From the sequence record DRR723986_4010: a stretch of 62,135 bases of DNA; one strand, given 5' to 3'. Below are positions 20,568 to 31,418 of the stretch, piece after piece. The position numbers and the translations under genes were made by a program. The first letter of the stretch is position 1. Every line of letters starts with the position of its first letter. The notes beneath the pieces are model-generated. The model saw only the letters and a program-made list of their open reading frames with translations, did no database searches and had not been told where the DNA came from.

Positions 20568-21749
20568 ATGGCTGACCAGGATCCGGTCGTAATCGTTGGC
20601 ATGGCCCGCACCCCGATGGGTGGCCTTCTCGGAGACCTCGCCGGTTTCAGCGCGAATGAGCTTGGCGCCATCGCCGTCGAAGCCGCGGTGAAAGAGGCCG
20701 GCCTCAAACCCGGTGAAGCCAATGAAATCATCATGGGCAACTGCCTGCCCGCAGGCCAGGGCCAGGCTCCGGCCCGTCAGGCTGGTTTCAAGGCTGGCCA
20801 GGACAAGGGCCTGGAAGCTGTCACCATCAACAAGATGTGCGGCTCCGGCATGCAGGCCGCCGTCATGGGCCGCAATGCCATTCTCGCCGGCGATGCCGAC
20901 ATCGTTATCGCGGGCGGCATGGAATCCATGACCAACGCCCCGCACCTGATCAATGCCCGCAAGGGCCACAAGTACGGTACGATGGCTGCGGAAGACCACA
21001 TGGCCCTCGACGGCCTGTCCGATGCCTATTCCAAAGGCCCGATGGGCCTCTTCGCCGACAAGATCGCCGGTGAGTACCAGTTCACCCGCGAACAGCAGGA
21101 CGCTTACGCCATCGAAACGCTGAAGCGTGCACAGGAGGCCACGGCATCCGGCAAGTTCAAGCGTGAGATCGCGCCGGTCACCGTGAAGACCCGCAAGGGC
21201 GAGTCGGTGGTCGATGTCGACCAGCTGCCGCGTGAAGCCAAGCCGGAGAAAATCCCGGATCTGCGCCCGGCCTTCTCGAAAGACGGCACCGTGACCGCCG
21301 CCAACGCATCGGCCATCTCCGACGGCGCTGCCGCACTTGTCCTGATGAAGAAGTCCGAAGCCGAAAAGCGCGGCCTGAAGCCAATCGCCACGATCGTCTC
21401 GTCTTCCAGCCACGCACATGAGCCGGAATACTTCACGACAGCACCGGTGCCGGCCATGCAGAAGGCGCTCGCAAAGGCAGGCTGGGGGGTCGAGGAAGTC
21501 GAACTCTGGGAAGTCAACGAAGCCTTTGCGGTTGTTCCGATGATCGCCATGAAGGAACTCGGCATCAGCCACGACAAGGTCAACGTGAACGGCGGCGCCT
21601 GCGCTATGGGTCACCCGATCGGTGCATCCGGTGCCCGCGTAATCGTTACGCTTCTGGCGGCCATGGAAGACCGCGGCGCCAAGAAAGGCGTGGCCTCGCT
21701 TTGCATCGGAGGCGGCGAAGGTATCGCCATGTGTCTCGAGCGCGCCTGA
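20568..21749 (+). CDS. Acetyl-CoA C-acyltransferase (thiolase)
   Basis: NKMCGSG, NEAFA, GHPIGASG and CIGGG motifs. Confidence 0.95.
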   Translation: MADQDPVVIVGMARTPMGGLLGDLAGFSANELGAIAVEAAVKEAGLKPGEANEIIMGNCLPAGQGQAPARQAGFKAGQDKGLEAVTINKMCGSGMQAAVMGRNAILAGDADIVIAGGMESMTNAPHLINARKGHKYGTMAAEDHMALDGLSDAYSKGPMGLFADKIAGEYQFTREQQDAYAIETLKRAQEATASGKFKREIAPVTVKTRKGESVVDVDQLPREAKPEKIPDLRPAFSKDGTVTAANASAISDGAAALVLMKKSEAEKRGLKPIATIVSSSSHAHEPEYFTTAPVPAMQKALAKAGWGVEEVELWEVNEAFAVVPMIAMKELGISHDKVNVNGGACAMGHPIGASGARVIVTLLAAMEDRGAKKGVASLCIGGGEGIAMCLERA

Positions 21750-21773
21750 TCCGTCTGATAACTGAAGAACAGG

Positions 21774-21810
21774 AAGCCCGCCGGCGTTTATTGCTCCGGC
21801 GGGCTTTCTT
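21774..21810. terminator. Intrinsic terminator between convergent genes
   Basis: AAGCCCGCCGG...CCGGCGGGCTTTCTT. Confidence 0.75.
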
Positions 21811-22900
21811 CTGCGTACAATCGAGCGAGCTGGAAGTTCAGGGCAACAATCGCAGCAGCCGCATCTTTGCTGTAGCTGTTCGAGTTGACGATCACGACCA
21901 GTCCGTCGTCCGGAAACACGCGCACGGAGGAAGTCCACATCGTGTTGGACCCATTGTGCGCATAGACCGTTCCAAAATCGGGGACCGTGTCCACAATCCA
22001 CCCCAGGGCATAATCGGAGGATGTGTCCGGAAAAGGTCTCAGGAGTTTCGCTTCTGTGTCGTCCTTCGCAAGAAAGTCTGACAAAAAGCGGGCATGCGCT
22101 GCCAGCGGCACGTGGAGTGTTCCCGCAGGTGCCAAAGCAGGCGGATTGTCTGCGCCCAGGCCTTTGCCCCGCGGCTTCAAACCGAAGAAACCTTCGGCGT
22201 GTCCTTCAATCCCCTCTGGCGGCGGACCAAAGCCCCAGCCCTCCCGGTCTGGTACGAGGCGGGTCAGAAGCAGCGATTCATAATCTTGCTCACCAAGGCG
22301 CATGGCAATGCGGTCCAGGACAGCCCCGACGATCATGTAACCCAGATTGCTGTACTCAAACTTTCCCGGCGTGCCGGATGGCGGCTCCGCGAGAAACCCC
22401 TCTGCGAGCGAAGTTCGCTGGGATTTCGCATCTTCCTTCGAAGACCTCGCCATCATGAACCATAAGGTGCCTGGATTGGCTCTGAGACCACTGCGATGCG
22501 CCAGAAGGTGCTCGATGGTGATGTTCGTCCAGGCAGGATCCATTCCGTCCACAAGGTCTGGAAGCAGCTCAGGCAAGGTCGCGCCCCATTCCGCCTCTCC
22601 CTGTTCGACGAGGCGGCCATAGAGCAGCGCGGTCAGCATCTTTGTGTTGGAGCCGATATGCCAGGCATCTTCCGGCAAGGCGGGATCAGCGCTGCCCTTC
22701 CGCCGCTCGCCCGAAACAGCCAGCCCCAGTATCTCGCCTTCCGAATTCGCAACGACCGCCCCGAGCGCAACAAGGCCCGCTTCCTTGCGGGCGTCATCCA
22801 CTTTCTGCTGGAGATCTTCCTGTGTCGGCAGGGCGGTGGCTGGTGCCACCATGATCAACAGGAACGTGGCGATGATGAGGACTAATCTGAAACTATGCAT
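21788..22900 (-). CDS. Secreted serine hydrolase, beta-lactamase class C-like family
   Basis: Signal peptide; SNTK (SxxK), YSN and HNG motifs. Confidence 0.88.
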   Translation of the reverse strand: MHSFRLVLIIATFLLIMVAPATALPTQEDLQQKVDDARKEAGLVALGAVVANSEGEILGLAVSGERRKGSADPALPEDAWHIGSNTKMLTALLYGRLVEQGEAEWGATLPELLPDLVDGMDPAWTNITIEHLLAHRSGLRANPGTLWFMMARSSKEDAKSQRTSLAEGFLAEPPSGTPGKFEYSNLGYMIVGAVLDRIAMRLGEQDYESLLLTRLVPDREGWGFGPPPEGIEGHAEGFFGLKPRGKGLGADNPPALAPAGTLHVPLAAHARFLSDFLAKDDTEAKLLRPFPDTSSDYALGWIVDTVPDFGTVYAHNGSNTMWTSSVRVFPDDGLVVIVNSNSYSKDAAAAIVALNFQLARLYAEESPPEQ

Positions 22901-22990
22901 AGGACTGCTCCGGTATCACCTGACTGATTAGTCCGCCGGACCGGAACTTTCTTACATGACCGGACCAAACATTTTGCCTATCAGATTCCC

Positions 22991-23449
22991 ATGATCATTA
23001 AGCCCGGCGATTTCGATGAACCGCAGATAAGGGAACTCCTGCGCCAGCACCTGCAGGGTATGGCCGAGACGTCTCCGCCCGGCCACAGCTTCGCATTGGA
23101 TCTGAGCGGCCTGCAGCGGCCGGATGTGACCTTCCTGTCCGTATGGGACGGCGAGACCTTGCTGGCGATCGGCGCGATGAAAGAACTGGCCGCAGATCAC
23201 GGCGAACTGAAATCCATGCGGACACGGAGAGACAGTCTGCGCCGGGGGGCCGCGACCGCAATGCTGGAAGCGCTTCTGGATCTGGCGCGCCAGCGCGGCT
23301 ACCAGCGGGTCAGCCTGGAAACCGGCTCGGGCGAGGCTTTCGAGCCGGCGCTCGCGCTATACCGCAAGCACGGGTTCCGGAGTGGAGACGCCTTTGCCGA
23401 TTATGTCGGCAGCGACTTCAATCAATTCCTGCATCTCGACCTGGCCTGA
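22991..23449 (+). CDS. GNAT N-acetyltransferase (YedL-like)
   Basis: GELKSMRT, RRGAA and SLETG motifs. Confidence 0.88.
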   Translation: MIIKPGDFDEPQIRELLRQHLQGMAETSPPGHSFALDLSGLQRPDVTFLSVWDGETLLAIGAMKELAADHGELKSMRTRRDSLRRGAATAMLEALLDLARQRGYQRVSLETGSGEAFEPALALYRKHGFRSGDAFADYVGSDFNQFLHLDLA

Positions 23450-23462
23450 CCGGCCAGGCGCA

Positions 23463-23948
23463 TTACTTGACGTTTTCGACGAGGTCGAGCGGCAGGGCCG
23501 TCGTGCGCTTTGCCACGCGGATCACAATGCGCGATTGCACATCGGAGACGAGCGCCGACCCGAGCAGCTTGTCGCGCAGGAAATTGTCATAGGCATGCAT
23601 GTCGGTCGTTACGACATGGATCATGTAGTCCACCTGCCCCGTCACCGTCATGACCTCGGTCACTTCCGGCCAGGCAAGCACCATGTCTTCGAATGCCTGA
23701 AGGTTCTCCCGGTTCGGCAGGGCGAGCTTCACGCTGGCGATCACCTCGAAGTTCAGCCCAAGCGCAAAATTGTCGAGAATCGTGACACGTCCCCGGATGA
23801 AACCAGCTTCTTCCATCCGTTTGATCCGGCGCCAGCAAGGAGAGGAAGAAAGTCCCACGCGATCGGCGATTTCCGCAACGGAAAGCCCGGCGTCCCGCTG
23901 GATGATGTCAAGAATCTTGGCATCGACTGAGTCTATTTCTTGGGCCAA
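23463..23948 (-). CDS. Lrp/AsnC family regulator
   Basis: VGLSSSPCWRRIKRME HTH; TTG start; divergent from IOR. Confidence 0.92.
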   Translation of the reverse strand: MAQEIDSVDAKILDIIQRDAGLSVAEIADRVGLSSSPCWRRIKRMEEAGFIRGRVTILDNFALGLNFEVIASVKLALPNRENLQAFEDMVLAWPEVTEVMTVTGQVDYMIHVVTTDMHAYDNFLRDKLLGSALVSDVQSRIVIRVAKRTTALPLDLVENVK

Positions 23949-24075
23949 TTTTCTAATTTCCTCGCAGATTTGGGCATGATTTGCCCCTATCTACCAAATT
24001 TGGCGCAAGAAAGGCAAGCTTTTTCGTGAATTTTGTCGAATAATCTTCCAGTTCCTTGGAGCGGACAGATTACCC

Positions 24076-27000
24076 ATGCATCATCGTGAAGTTACGCTGA
24101 ACGACAAATACGATCTTGTCGAGGGCAAGGCGTATATGACTGGTATTCAGGCACTGGTCCGCCTGCCTCTTGATCGAAAACGTCTGGATCTGCGCAATAA
24201 TGTGAACACGGCCGGATTTGTATCCGGATATCGTGGGTCTCCCCTTGGTGGCTATGACCAGCAGCTGCGCGCGGCGCAGAAATGGCTGGACGAACATGAC
24301 ATCAAATTCTGGGAAGGTCTGAACGAAGACCTCGGCGCTACCGCCGTCTGGGGCAGCCAGCAGCTCGGCCTGTTCCCGGGCGCAAAATATGATGGCCTGT
24401 TCGGCATCTGGTACGGCAAGGCGCCAGGCGTCGACCGGACGGGCGACGTGTTCAAGCATGCCAACGCAGCAGGCTCGTCCGCACTCGGCGGCGTGCTCGC
24501 CATTGTCGGTGACGACCACAATTGCAAATCCTCCACCCTGCCTTCGCAGTCCGAATTCGCGATGATGGACGCCGAGATCCCGGTGCTGAACCCGGCCTCG
24601 ATCCAGGACGTACTGGACTACGGCATCCATGGTTGGGAGATGAGCCGTTTTTCCGGTGCCTGGGCTGGCATGGTGGCGCTGGCCGATACAATGGATTCCG
24701 GATCCGTCGTCGGCGTTGACCTCGGTCGCTTCAATATCGTCCAGCCGGACTTCGCTCTGCCTGAAGAAGGCGTACATATGCGCCGGGGTGATGCGCCACT
24801 TTTGAAAGAACAGCGCCTGCGCCAGGTGAAGCTGCCGGCTGCACAGGCCTATGTCCGCGCCAACCGGCTGGACCATGTCATTCTGCCATCGCCCAAACCG
24901 CGCGTCGGCATCATCGTCACCGGACAGGCCGCCCGCGACGTGTTCGAAGCGCTGGCCGCGCTTGGCCTTGATCCGCAGGAAGCCGGCCGCCTGGGCCTGG
25001 CTGTCTACAAGGTTGCCATGCCCTGGCCGCTGGAACCGGAAGGCGTGCGCGAATTCTGCACCGGGCTCGACCGCGTGCTGGTGATCGAACACAAGCGCCC
25101 GCTGATCGAAGACCAGCTCCGCTCCGCCCTCTACCGCCTGCCGGACAACCAGCGCCCCTATATCGAAGGCAAGTTCGACCGGGACGGCAAACGCCTCCTC
25201 TCCGACATTGCCTCCATCACCATTCCGGAAATGGCGGCTGCCCTGATGCAGGTCGTCCCGGAAGGCTGGGACACCTCCCGCGCCGATGCTTATTTCGACC
25301 GCGTGGGCCGCGCCGGCGAAGCCGCGCGCTCAAACGCCTCACCGACTATCCGTACCCCGCACTTCTGTTCGGGCTGTCCACACAACACTTCCACCGTCGT
25401 GCCGGAAGGTTCCCGCGCGCTGGCAGGCATTGGCTGCCACTATATGGCGAACTTCATGCCGGACCGGCACACGGACATGACCAGCCAGATGGGCGGTGAA
25501 GGTATCGCCTGGGTTGGCCAACACTGGGCGACCGATGAGCCGCACGTTTTCGTCAATCTCGGCGACGGCACCTATTCGCACTCCGGCAGCCTTGCTATCC
25601 GCGCCGCGGTCACCTCCGGCGCGAACATGACCTACAAGATCCTCTATAATGATGCAGTCGCCATGACCGGCGGCCAGCATGTGGAATCCGGTCAGACCCC
25701 GGCGCAAATCGCCCAGCAGGTCCGCGCCGAGGGTGCGCGCACCATCGTCATCGTCACCGAGGACACCACCCGCTATGCGAACGTCAAAGGCCTGCCCGGC
25801 GGCGTGAAGATTTATGACCGTGACGATCTGGAAGACGTGCAGCTGAAGCTCCGCGAAACCCCCGGCGTGTCGGTCATCATCTATGACCAGATCTGCGCAA
25901 CCGAGAAACGCCGCCGTTCCAAGCGCGGCCTGCGCGCCCCGGACCGCACGCGCGTCATTATCAATACCGAGGTCTGCGAAGGCTGCGGCGATTGTTCGGT
26001 GAAGTCGAACTGTCTCTCGGTGGAGCCCGTTGAAACCAATCTTGGCCGCAAGCGCCGGATCAATCAGTCCACCTGCAATACGGACCTCTCCTGCCTCAAG
26101 GGCTTCTGCCCAAGCTTTGTCACCATCACCGATGGCGAACCGGCCTGGGAAGACCAGGAGCGCCCGGCCTTCAGTGCCGACGGCCTGCCCCTGCCCGAAA
26201 CGCCGAGCCTCGCGCAGCCTTACAACGTGCTGTTCACCGGCGTCGGCGGCACTGGCGTGACGACGGTTGCCGCAGTGCTCGCCATGGCCGCGCATGTGGA
26301 CGGCCATGCCGCCTCCAGCCTCGACATGACCGGCCTTGCCCAGAAGGGCGGCCCGGTCCTGTCGCACATCCGCTTTGCACGGGAGCCGGAGCAGATCTCG
26401 ACCGGCCGGGTGCCACCGGCCAGCGCCGATGTCGTCATTGCCTGTGACCTTGTCGTGGCCGCTGGCGGCGATGCACTGAACCTGATGGATGGAGACCGCA
26501 CCGCGGCCTATGCCAACAGCGATGTGACTCCGACCAGCGAGTTCATCCGCAATCGGTCGAAGCGTTTCGAAAGCGATCTCCTCTCTGCCCGCGTCAAGCG
26601 GCAGGCGAGCGAGTTCAGCGCCTTCGATGCCGAAGCGCTCGCCGTCGGCTACCTGCACGACGCGATCTACACCAACATGATCATGGCCGGCTTTGCCTGG
26701 CAGAAGGGACGCCTACCCGTCTCGCTGCGCGCGCTCTATCGCGCCATCCGACTAAACGGCACCAAGGTCGATGACAACATGGCCGCCTTTAATATCGGCC
26801 GGATCGCTGCAGCAGACCCGGACCGTCTGATCCGGCAGCAGGATCCGCGCGGTGATGTGCCGGAGCAGACGCTTGAGGAACTGATTGAAGATCGCGCCGC
26901 GCGCCTGACGGCCTACCAGAACGCCGCCTATGCAGACCGCTACCGCGAGATCGTCGAACAGGTGCGCACGGCTGAGAAAGCCGTTAGCAGCGATGAGAAG

Positions 27001-27534
27001 CTGACCCGTGCCGCCGCCTTTTATGCCTTCAAGGTGATGGCCTACAAGGACGAGTATGAAGTCGCCCGTCTCTACACGGACGGAAAATTCGCCGAACAAC
27101 TCGCCAGCCAGTTCAAGGGCGGCAAGCTCCGCTTCTGGCTCGCGGCGCCGATGATCGCGAAAAAGGATTCGCACGGCCACCTGCAGAAAAAGCATTTCGG
27201 CCCGTGGATGATGCTGGGCTTCAAATTGCTGGCGAAGTTCAAGGGCTTGCGCGGCACGCGGTTCGATGTCTTTGGCTACACCGAGGAGCGCCAGCATGAG
27301 CGCAAGCTGCGCGATGATTATATCGCCGGACTGGCGCGCATCACGTCTGAGCTGACGGAGAAGAATCTGGAACTGGCCATCGCCATTGCCCGCGTGCCGG
27401 ACGACATCCGCGGCTTCGGTCATGTGAAGGATGCCGCCCTGCAGGCAGCGAAGGTGACTGAAGCGGAGCTCTGGAAAGGCTGGCCGGAAGGCAAGCTGCC
27501 GACCGCAAAAACAACGCTGATCGCCGCAGAATAG
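24076..27534 (+). CDS. Fused indolepyruvate:ferredoxin oxidoreductase family protein
   Basis: GYRGSPLGG, FCSGCPHN, GDGT TPP motif, CEGCGDC Fe-S motif, GLAQKGG and YKDEYEVARL. Confidence 0.95.
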   Translation: MHHREVTLNDKYDLVEGKAYMTGIQALVRLPLDRKRLDLRNNVNTAGFVSGYRGSPLGGYDQQLRAAQKWLDEHDIKFWEGLNEDLGATAVWGSQQLGLFPGAKYDGLFGIWYGKAPGVDRTGDVFKHANAAGSSALGGVLAIVGDDHNCKSSTLPSQSEFAMMDAEIPVLNPASIQDVLDYGIHGWEMSRFSGAWAGMVALADTMDSGSVVGVDLGRFNIVQPDFALPEEGVHMRRGDAPLLKEQRLRQVKLPAAQAYVRANRLDHVILPSPKPRVGIIVTGQAARDVFEALAALGLDPQEAGRLGLAVYKVAMPWPLEPEGVREFCTGLDRVLVIEHKRPLIEDQLRSALYRLPDNQRPYIEGKFDRDGKRLLSDIASITIPEMAAALMQVVPEGWDTSRADAYFDRVGRAGEAARSNASPTIRTPHFCSGCPHNTSTVVPEGSRALAGIGCHYMANFMPDRHTDMTSQMGGEGIAWVGQHWATDEPHVFVNLGDGTYSHSGSLAIRAAVTSGANMTYKILYNDAVAMTGGQHVESGQTPAQIAQQVRAEGARTIVIVTEDTTRYANVKGLPGGVKIYDRDDLEDVQLKLRETPGVSVIIYDQICATEKRRRSKRGLRAPDRTRVIINTEVCEGCGDCSVKSNCLSVEPVETNLGRKRRINQSTCNTDLSCLKGFCPSFVTITDGEPAWEDQERPAFSADGLPLPETPSLAQPYNVLFTGVGGTGVTTVAAVLAMAAHVDGHAASSLDMTGLAQKGGPVLSHIRFAREPEQISTGRVPPASADVVIACDLVVAAGGDALNLMDGDRTAAYANSDVTPTSEFIRNRSKRFESDLLSARVKRQASEFSAFDAEALAVGYLHDAIYTNMIMAGFAWQKGRLPVSLRALYRAIRLNGTKVDDNMAAFNIGRIAAADPDRLIRQQDPRGDVPEQTLEELIEDRAARLTAYQNAAYADRYREIVEQVRTAEKAVSSDEKLTRAAAFYAFKVMAYKDEYEVARLYTDGKFAEQLASQFKGGKLRFWLAAPMIAKKDSHGHLQKKHFGPWMMLGFKLLAKFKGLRGTRFDVFGYTEERQHERKLRDDYIAGLARITSELTEKNLELAIAIARVPDDIRGFGHVKDAALQAAKVTEAELWKGWPEGKLPTAKTTLIAAE

Positions 27535-27590
27535 TCACGGACTCCCCGCAAGAGTGATAGGGTCAACGAAAGACCCTATGGAGGACTCTC

Positions 27591-28910
27591 ATGCGCCGTT
27601 CGATTGTTCCCGCGCTCACCGCCTTTGCATTTCTTGGTGCATGCCAGCAGCCAGCCGCAGCGCCAGAACCGGAAGCGCCTGCGCCGGCGGACGCCAGCAC
27701 AGCGCCTGAAGAGGACCCGTCGCCCGTGCCAGTTACCGTGCCCCTGGAAGCCACCGCCCCCCTCGCCCAGGGCAATAATCTCTTTGCCTGGTCGCTCTAT
27801 GACACGCTGGACGGCGAGCCCGGCAACATCTTCGTCTCGCCTGCCTCAATCAGCGAGGCGTTCGCCCTGCTCTATCCCGGCGCGGCGGGGGAAACTGCGT
27901 CGCAGATGGCGAGCCTGTTTGGCTATGACGGTGTCCCGGCAGGCGCGTTTGCCGCGACCCAGAACGTCCTGAACAATGCGGTCACGGCGGACACGGAGAA
28001 AACCAAGCTGACCGTGGCGAATGCCGCCTGGCTGCGAGAAGGGTCGATCTTTCAGGCGCCCTACCGCGAAGCCGTGGAAGGCATCATGAAAGCAAAGGTC
28101 GCGCTTGTGGACTTCACCCAGCCGGCCGCGGCTGCGAAGCTGATCAACAGCTGGGTCGAAGACCATACGAACGACAAGATCCACGACCTGATCCCGCCAA
28201 GCGCGATCCGCCCCGGCCTGACCGAACTGATCCTGACAAATGCCGTCTGGTTCAAGGCCGACTGGAAAAACCCGTTCAAGGCCGAGGCGACACAGGACGG
28301 AACGTTCTATTCGCCGTCAGGTGAGATCACCGCACGCCTGATGAGCCAGACGCTGAAGAAGGCCCGTTACCTCTCCCGCGATGGCTATGCAGCGCTCGAT
28401 CTCGACTATGCCGGGGATGACTATGCCCTCACCGTGATCCTGCCGGATGCGCAGGACAGCCTGCCGGGCGTCACCTCGGCCATGACGCCGGAGAGTTTCA
28501 CCTCGCTCCTGTCGGACATGGACACCGCTGAGGGAAAGCGGGTGCATCTCGTGCTGCCGAAAGTCTCGATCGAATCCGATTATGAGCTGAACGATCCGCT
28601 GATCGCGCTCGGCCTCAGCGATGCCTTCACCGGCGCGGCGGATTTCTCCCGCCTGATCGAAGGGGCCGGCCCCGGCGACCTGGTGATCAGCAAGGTGCTG
28701 CACAAGACCTTCCTCGACATTGACGAGAAAGGCACCGAAGCAGCCGCGGCAACGGCGATCGTGATGGAACGCACAGCGATCTTCATTCCGGATGAGGAAC
28801 CGGTCGAGTTTCGCGCCGACCATCCCTTCCTGATCGCACTGCGCCACAAGCCAACGGGCACGGTGATGTTCATGGGCCGGGTGGAGGCACCGCCGCCGGC
28901 TGAAGAATAG
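27591..28910 (+). CDS. Serpin family lipoprotein
   Basis: Lipobox FLGAC; NIFVSPASI, NAVWFKADW, EKGTEAAAAT hinge and FRADHPF motifs. Confidence 0.93.
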   Translation: MRRSIVPALTAFAFLGACQQPAAAPEPEAPAPADASTAPEEDPSPVPVTVPLEATAPLAQGNNLFAWSLYDTLDGEPGNIFVSPASISEAFALLYPGAAGETASQMASLFGYDGVPAGAFAATQNVLNNAVTADTEKTKLTVANAAWLREGSIFQAPYREAVEGIMKAKVALVDFTQPAAAAKLINSWVEDHTNDKIHDLIPPSAIRPGLTELILTNAVWFKADWKNPFKAEATQDGTFYSPSGEITARLMSQTLKKARYLSRDGYAALDLDYAGDDYALTVILPDAQDSLPGVTSAMTPESFTSLLSDMDTAEGKRVHLVLPKVSIESDYELNDPLIALGLSDAFTGAADFSRLIEGAGPGDLVISKVLHKTFLDIDEKGTEAAAATAIVMERTAIFIPDEEPVEFRADHPFLIALRHKPTGTVMFMGRVEAPPPAEE

Positions 28911-28925
28911 GATCCGCCAGGGGGA

Positions 28926-29252
28926 TCAGCCGGCGGGCGAGACTTCGACGTCGACGATCTTGCCTTTCTTGCCGAGCTTTTTCAGCTCACGCTCAAGGTT
29001 TTTCTTCTTGATCGTTTTGCGTGTGTGCTTGCCGTTCTTGTAGGTCACGTCGAGGCGGACATGCTCGTCCGGCCCGTCCAGCGCATCGCCGGTCACGCGC
29101 ACCGCCGTGCCGCCGACCCAGATCACGCTCTTGCCCGCGACGCCTACAACACCGACCGCAAAGCCAACCGGCGCGGTTACGACCTTGGAGGCAGCGCAGG
29201 CCGGGGCAAAGATGAAGACGGCCGCAATCAGGATGGCCCGGATGATGCGCAT
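28926..29252 (-). CDS. Small basic putative lipoprotein
   Basis: Signal peptide with APAC, Val/Gly-rich segment and Lys-rich C-terminus. Confidence 0.7.
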   Translation of the reverse strand: MRIIRAILIAAVFIFAPACAASKVVTAPVGFAVGVVGVAGKSVIWVGGTAVRVTGDALDGPDEHVRLDVTYKNGKHTRKTIKKKNLERELKKLGKKGKIVDVEVSPAG

Positions 29253-29324
29253 GTCTGGTCTCCCCGTTTTACGGGGGAGACTAGATCAGGCAAATGTTGA
29301 GGGCACCTTACGACGCCGCAAGTC

Positions 29325-30917
29325 TCAGCCGCGCGCCAGCGATTCGTCAATCAGGCGGGCGGTGTTGTCCTTGCCATAAAGCGCGGCGAAGCTACCGAAG
29401 CGCGGACCCTGCTCCTGTCCCAGAAGCACTTCGTAGAGCGCCTTGAACCAGTCGCGGAGGTTTTCGAAATGGTGGTCCTTGCCGATGGTGAAGGTCAGCG
29501 TCTGCAGGTTCTCCGAGGTCGGCTCGTCCGCGAAGGCCTTGAGATGGGCTGACAGGTCTTCCATGGCCGTACGCTCCTGCTCCGTCGGGACGCGATAGGT
29601 CTTCTGCGGCAGGATGAAGTCCGTGTAGTAGCGCATCGCATAACCAGCGAGTTCATCCAGCAGCGGGTGCGTCTCCGGCGTCGCATCCTGTGCATAGCGG
29701 GTGATGAAGCCCCAGAGCTGGCTCTTGTCTTCCGGATTCGCCACCGCGACGAGGTTCAGCAGCAGCGCGAAGCTGACTGGCATGTCGGCGACGGGCGGAT
29801 TGCCATTGTGGATGTGCCAAACCGGGTTCTCGATCTGCCGGGCCGGTTCCTCCGACGGGTATTTCTCGAGGAAGGTCAGGTATTCGTCGACCGTCTTCGG
29901 GATGACGTCGAAATAGAGCTTCTTCGCCACGCGCGGCTTCTGGAACTGGAACAGGCTGAGGCTCTCGTCCGGCGCATATTTCAGCCAGTCCTCGACCGAG
30001 ATGCCATTGCCCTTGGTCTTCGAGATCTTCTCGCCTTTTTCGTCGAGGAACATCTCGTAGACGTATTGTTCCGGTGGACGCTTGCCGAGGATCTTGGTGA
30101 TCTTCGAATAGATCGGCGCATTGGCCTGATGGTCCTTGCCGAACATCTCGAAGTCGACGCCAAGGGCCGCCCAGCGCATGCCGAAGTCCGGTTTCCACTG
30201 CATCTTCACATGCCCGCCGGTGACCGGCAGCGTGAATTCCTTGCCCTGCTCGTCGTCGAACGTGATCGTGCCTTTTGAACCGTCGACGGATTTCATCGGC
30301 ACATAGAGGACGTGGCCGGTTTCCGGATGGATCGGCAGGAACGGGCTGTAGGTTGCCCGGCGTTCCTCACCCAGCGTTGGCAGCATCACGTCCATGATGT
30401 CCTGATACTTCTGCACCGCGCGCTTCAGCATCTCGTCGAAGCGACCGGACTTGTAGCAGTCGGTCGCCGACAGGAATTCGTACTGGAAGCCGAACTGGTC
30501 GAGGAAGGCACGCAGGCGCGCATTCATGTGTTTGCCATAGGACTCATGCGTGCCGAACGGATCCGGCACCGCGGTCAGCGGCATCTGGAGATACGGCTCC
30601 AGCTTCTCCGGGTTCGGCACGGTCGGCGGCACCTTGCGCATGCCGTCCATGTCATCAGAGACACAGATCAGGCGCGTCGGGATCTCGCCCTTCGTCAGCA
30701 CTTCAAAGGCATGGCGCACCATGGTCGTGCGCACGACTTCGCCGAACGTGCCGATATGCGGCAGGCCGGACGGGCCATAACCCGTTTCGAAGATCACGGG
30801 GTCGCCCGGCTTTCGCTGGCCGGCTTTCTCCTGCTGCTCAACACGCTGTTTGAGTTTCCGCGCCAGCTCGAAGGGCCATGCCTTGGCGGATTCGGCGAGG
30901 ATGGAGAAATCGGTCAT
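29325..30917 (-). CDS. lysS: Lysine--tRNA ligase, class I
   Basis: [12 protein letters not shown] (HIGH), KISKTKGN (KMSKS) and QGPRFGSF motifs. Confidence 0.96.
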   Translation of the reverse strand: MTDFSILAESAKAWPFELARKLKQRVEQQEKAGQRKPGDPVIFETGYGPSGLPHIGTFGEVVRTTMVRHAFEVLTKGEIPTRLICVSDDMDGMRKVPPTVPNPEKLEPYLQMPLTAVPDPFGTHESYGKHMNARLRAFLDQFGFQYEFLSATDCYKSGRFDEMLKRAVQKYQDIMDVMLPTLGEERRATYSPFLPIHPETGHVLYVPMKSVDGSKGTITFDDEQGKEFTLPVTGGHVKMQWKPDFGMRWAALGVDFEMFGKDHQANAPIYSKITKILGKRPPEQYVYEMFLDEKGEKISKTKGNGISVEDWLKYAPDESLSLFQFQKPRVAKKLYFDVIPKTVDEYLTFLEKYPSEEPARQIENPVWHIHNGNPPVADMPVSFALLLNLVAVANPEDKSQLWGFITRYAQDATPETHPLLDELAGYAMRYYTDFILPQKTYRVPTEQERTAMEDLSAHLKAFADEPTSENLQTLTFTIGKDHHFENLRDWFKALYEVLLGQEQGPRFGSFAALYGKDNTARLIDESLARG

Positions 30918-31009
30918 TTCGGTCTGGGTCTCCCGGTGGGTAAATAAAGGAAGCCGACGGTCGCGTCTTGCGAACGCCGGCTACCGGTGAAGCGGTTTGT
31001 TGTCTGGCC

Positions 31010-31243
31010 TCAGTTAAACGTGCTCGGGTTGGCGAGACGCTTGTGAATGGGCCACTCGGCAAAGGCCAGATACAGAAAAGCGATCAGATTGACCAGTGGT
31101 ACCAGCATCAGCAGCGACCAGGCCCCGTTGAACCCCGCCTTGCTCCAGATTTTCCAGTAGGCGACGATAAACAGGATGATCATCGCCAGGTAAACGACGC
31201 CGACCACAATCATCATTGTGCCGGCTGCAGCATCGTTGGACAT
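31010..31243 (-). CDS. Small membrane protein
   Basis: GGAGGA RBS; WKIWSKAGFNGAWSLLMLVPLVN with two TM helices. Confidence 0.75.
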   Translation of the reverse strand: MSNDAAAGTMMIVVGVVYLAMIILFIVAYWKIWSKAGFNGAWSLLMLVPLVNLIAFLYLAFAEWPIHKRLANPSTFN

Positions 31244-31340
31244 GTATTCCTCCCTCCTTTTCAGGACCGTCAGCCTAGGACGGAACCTCTCTTTGCTCAA
31301 ATGCAAACCCGCCGGAGTGGATTCCCGTCGCGGAAACCTG

Positions 31341-31402
31341 TGTAAGAAATCTTTGACATGTCAAAAATATTTTACTACATGGGGTGTAAGATATTTTTGA
31401 CA
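31341..31402. promoter_or_regulatory. Triple operator upstream of the membrane protein-XRE operon
   Basis: TGTAAGAAATCTTTGACA, an inverted copy TGTCAAAAATATTTTAC, and TGTAAGATATTTTTGACA. Confidence 0.75.
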
Positions 31403-31418
31403 TCGAAAGGGACGCAAA

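Noticed and set aside
21788-22900. Antibiotic-resistance beta-lactamase
   Set aside because: SxxK/YxN/HxG fits the broad esterase/peptidase serine hydrolase family; nothing specifically indicates beta-lactamase activity.
29325-30917. Class I LysRS as evidence of horizontal transfer
   Set aside because: Class I LysRS is normal in many Alphaproteobacteria.
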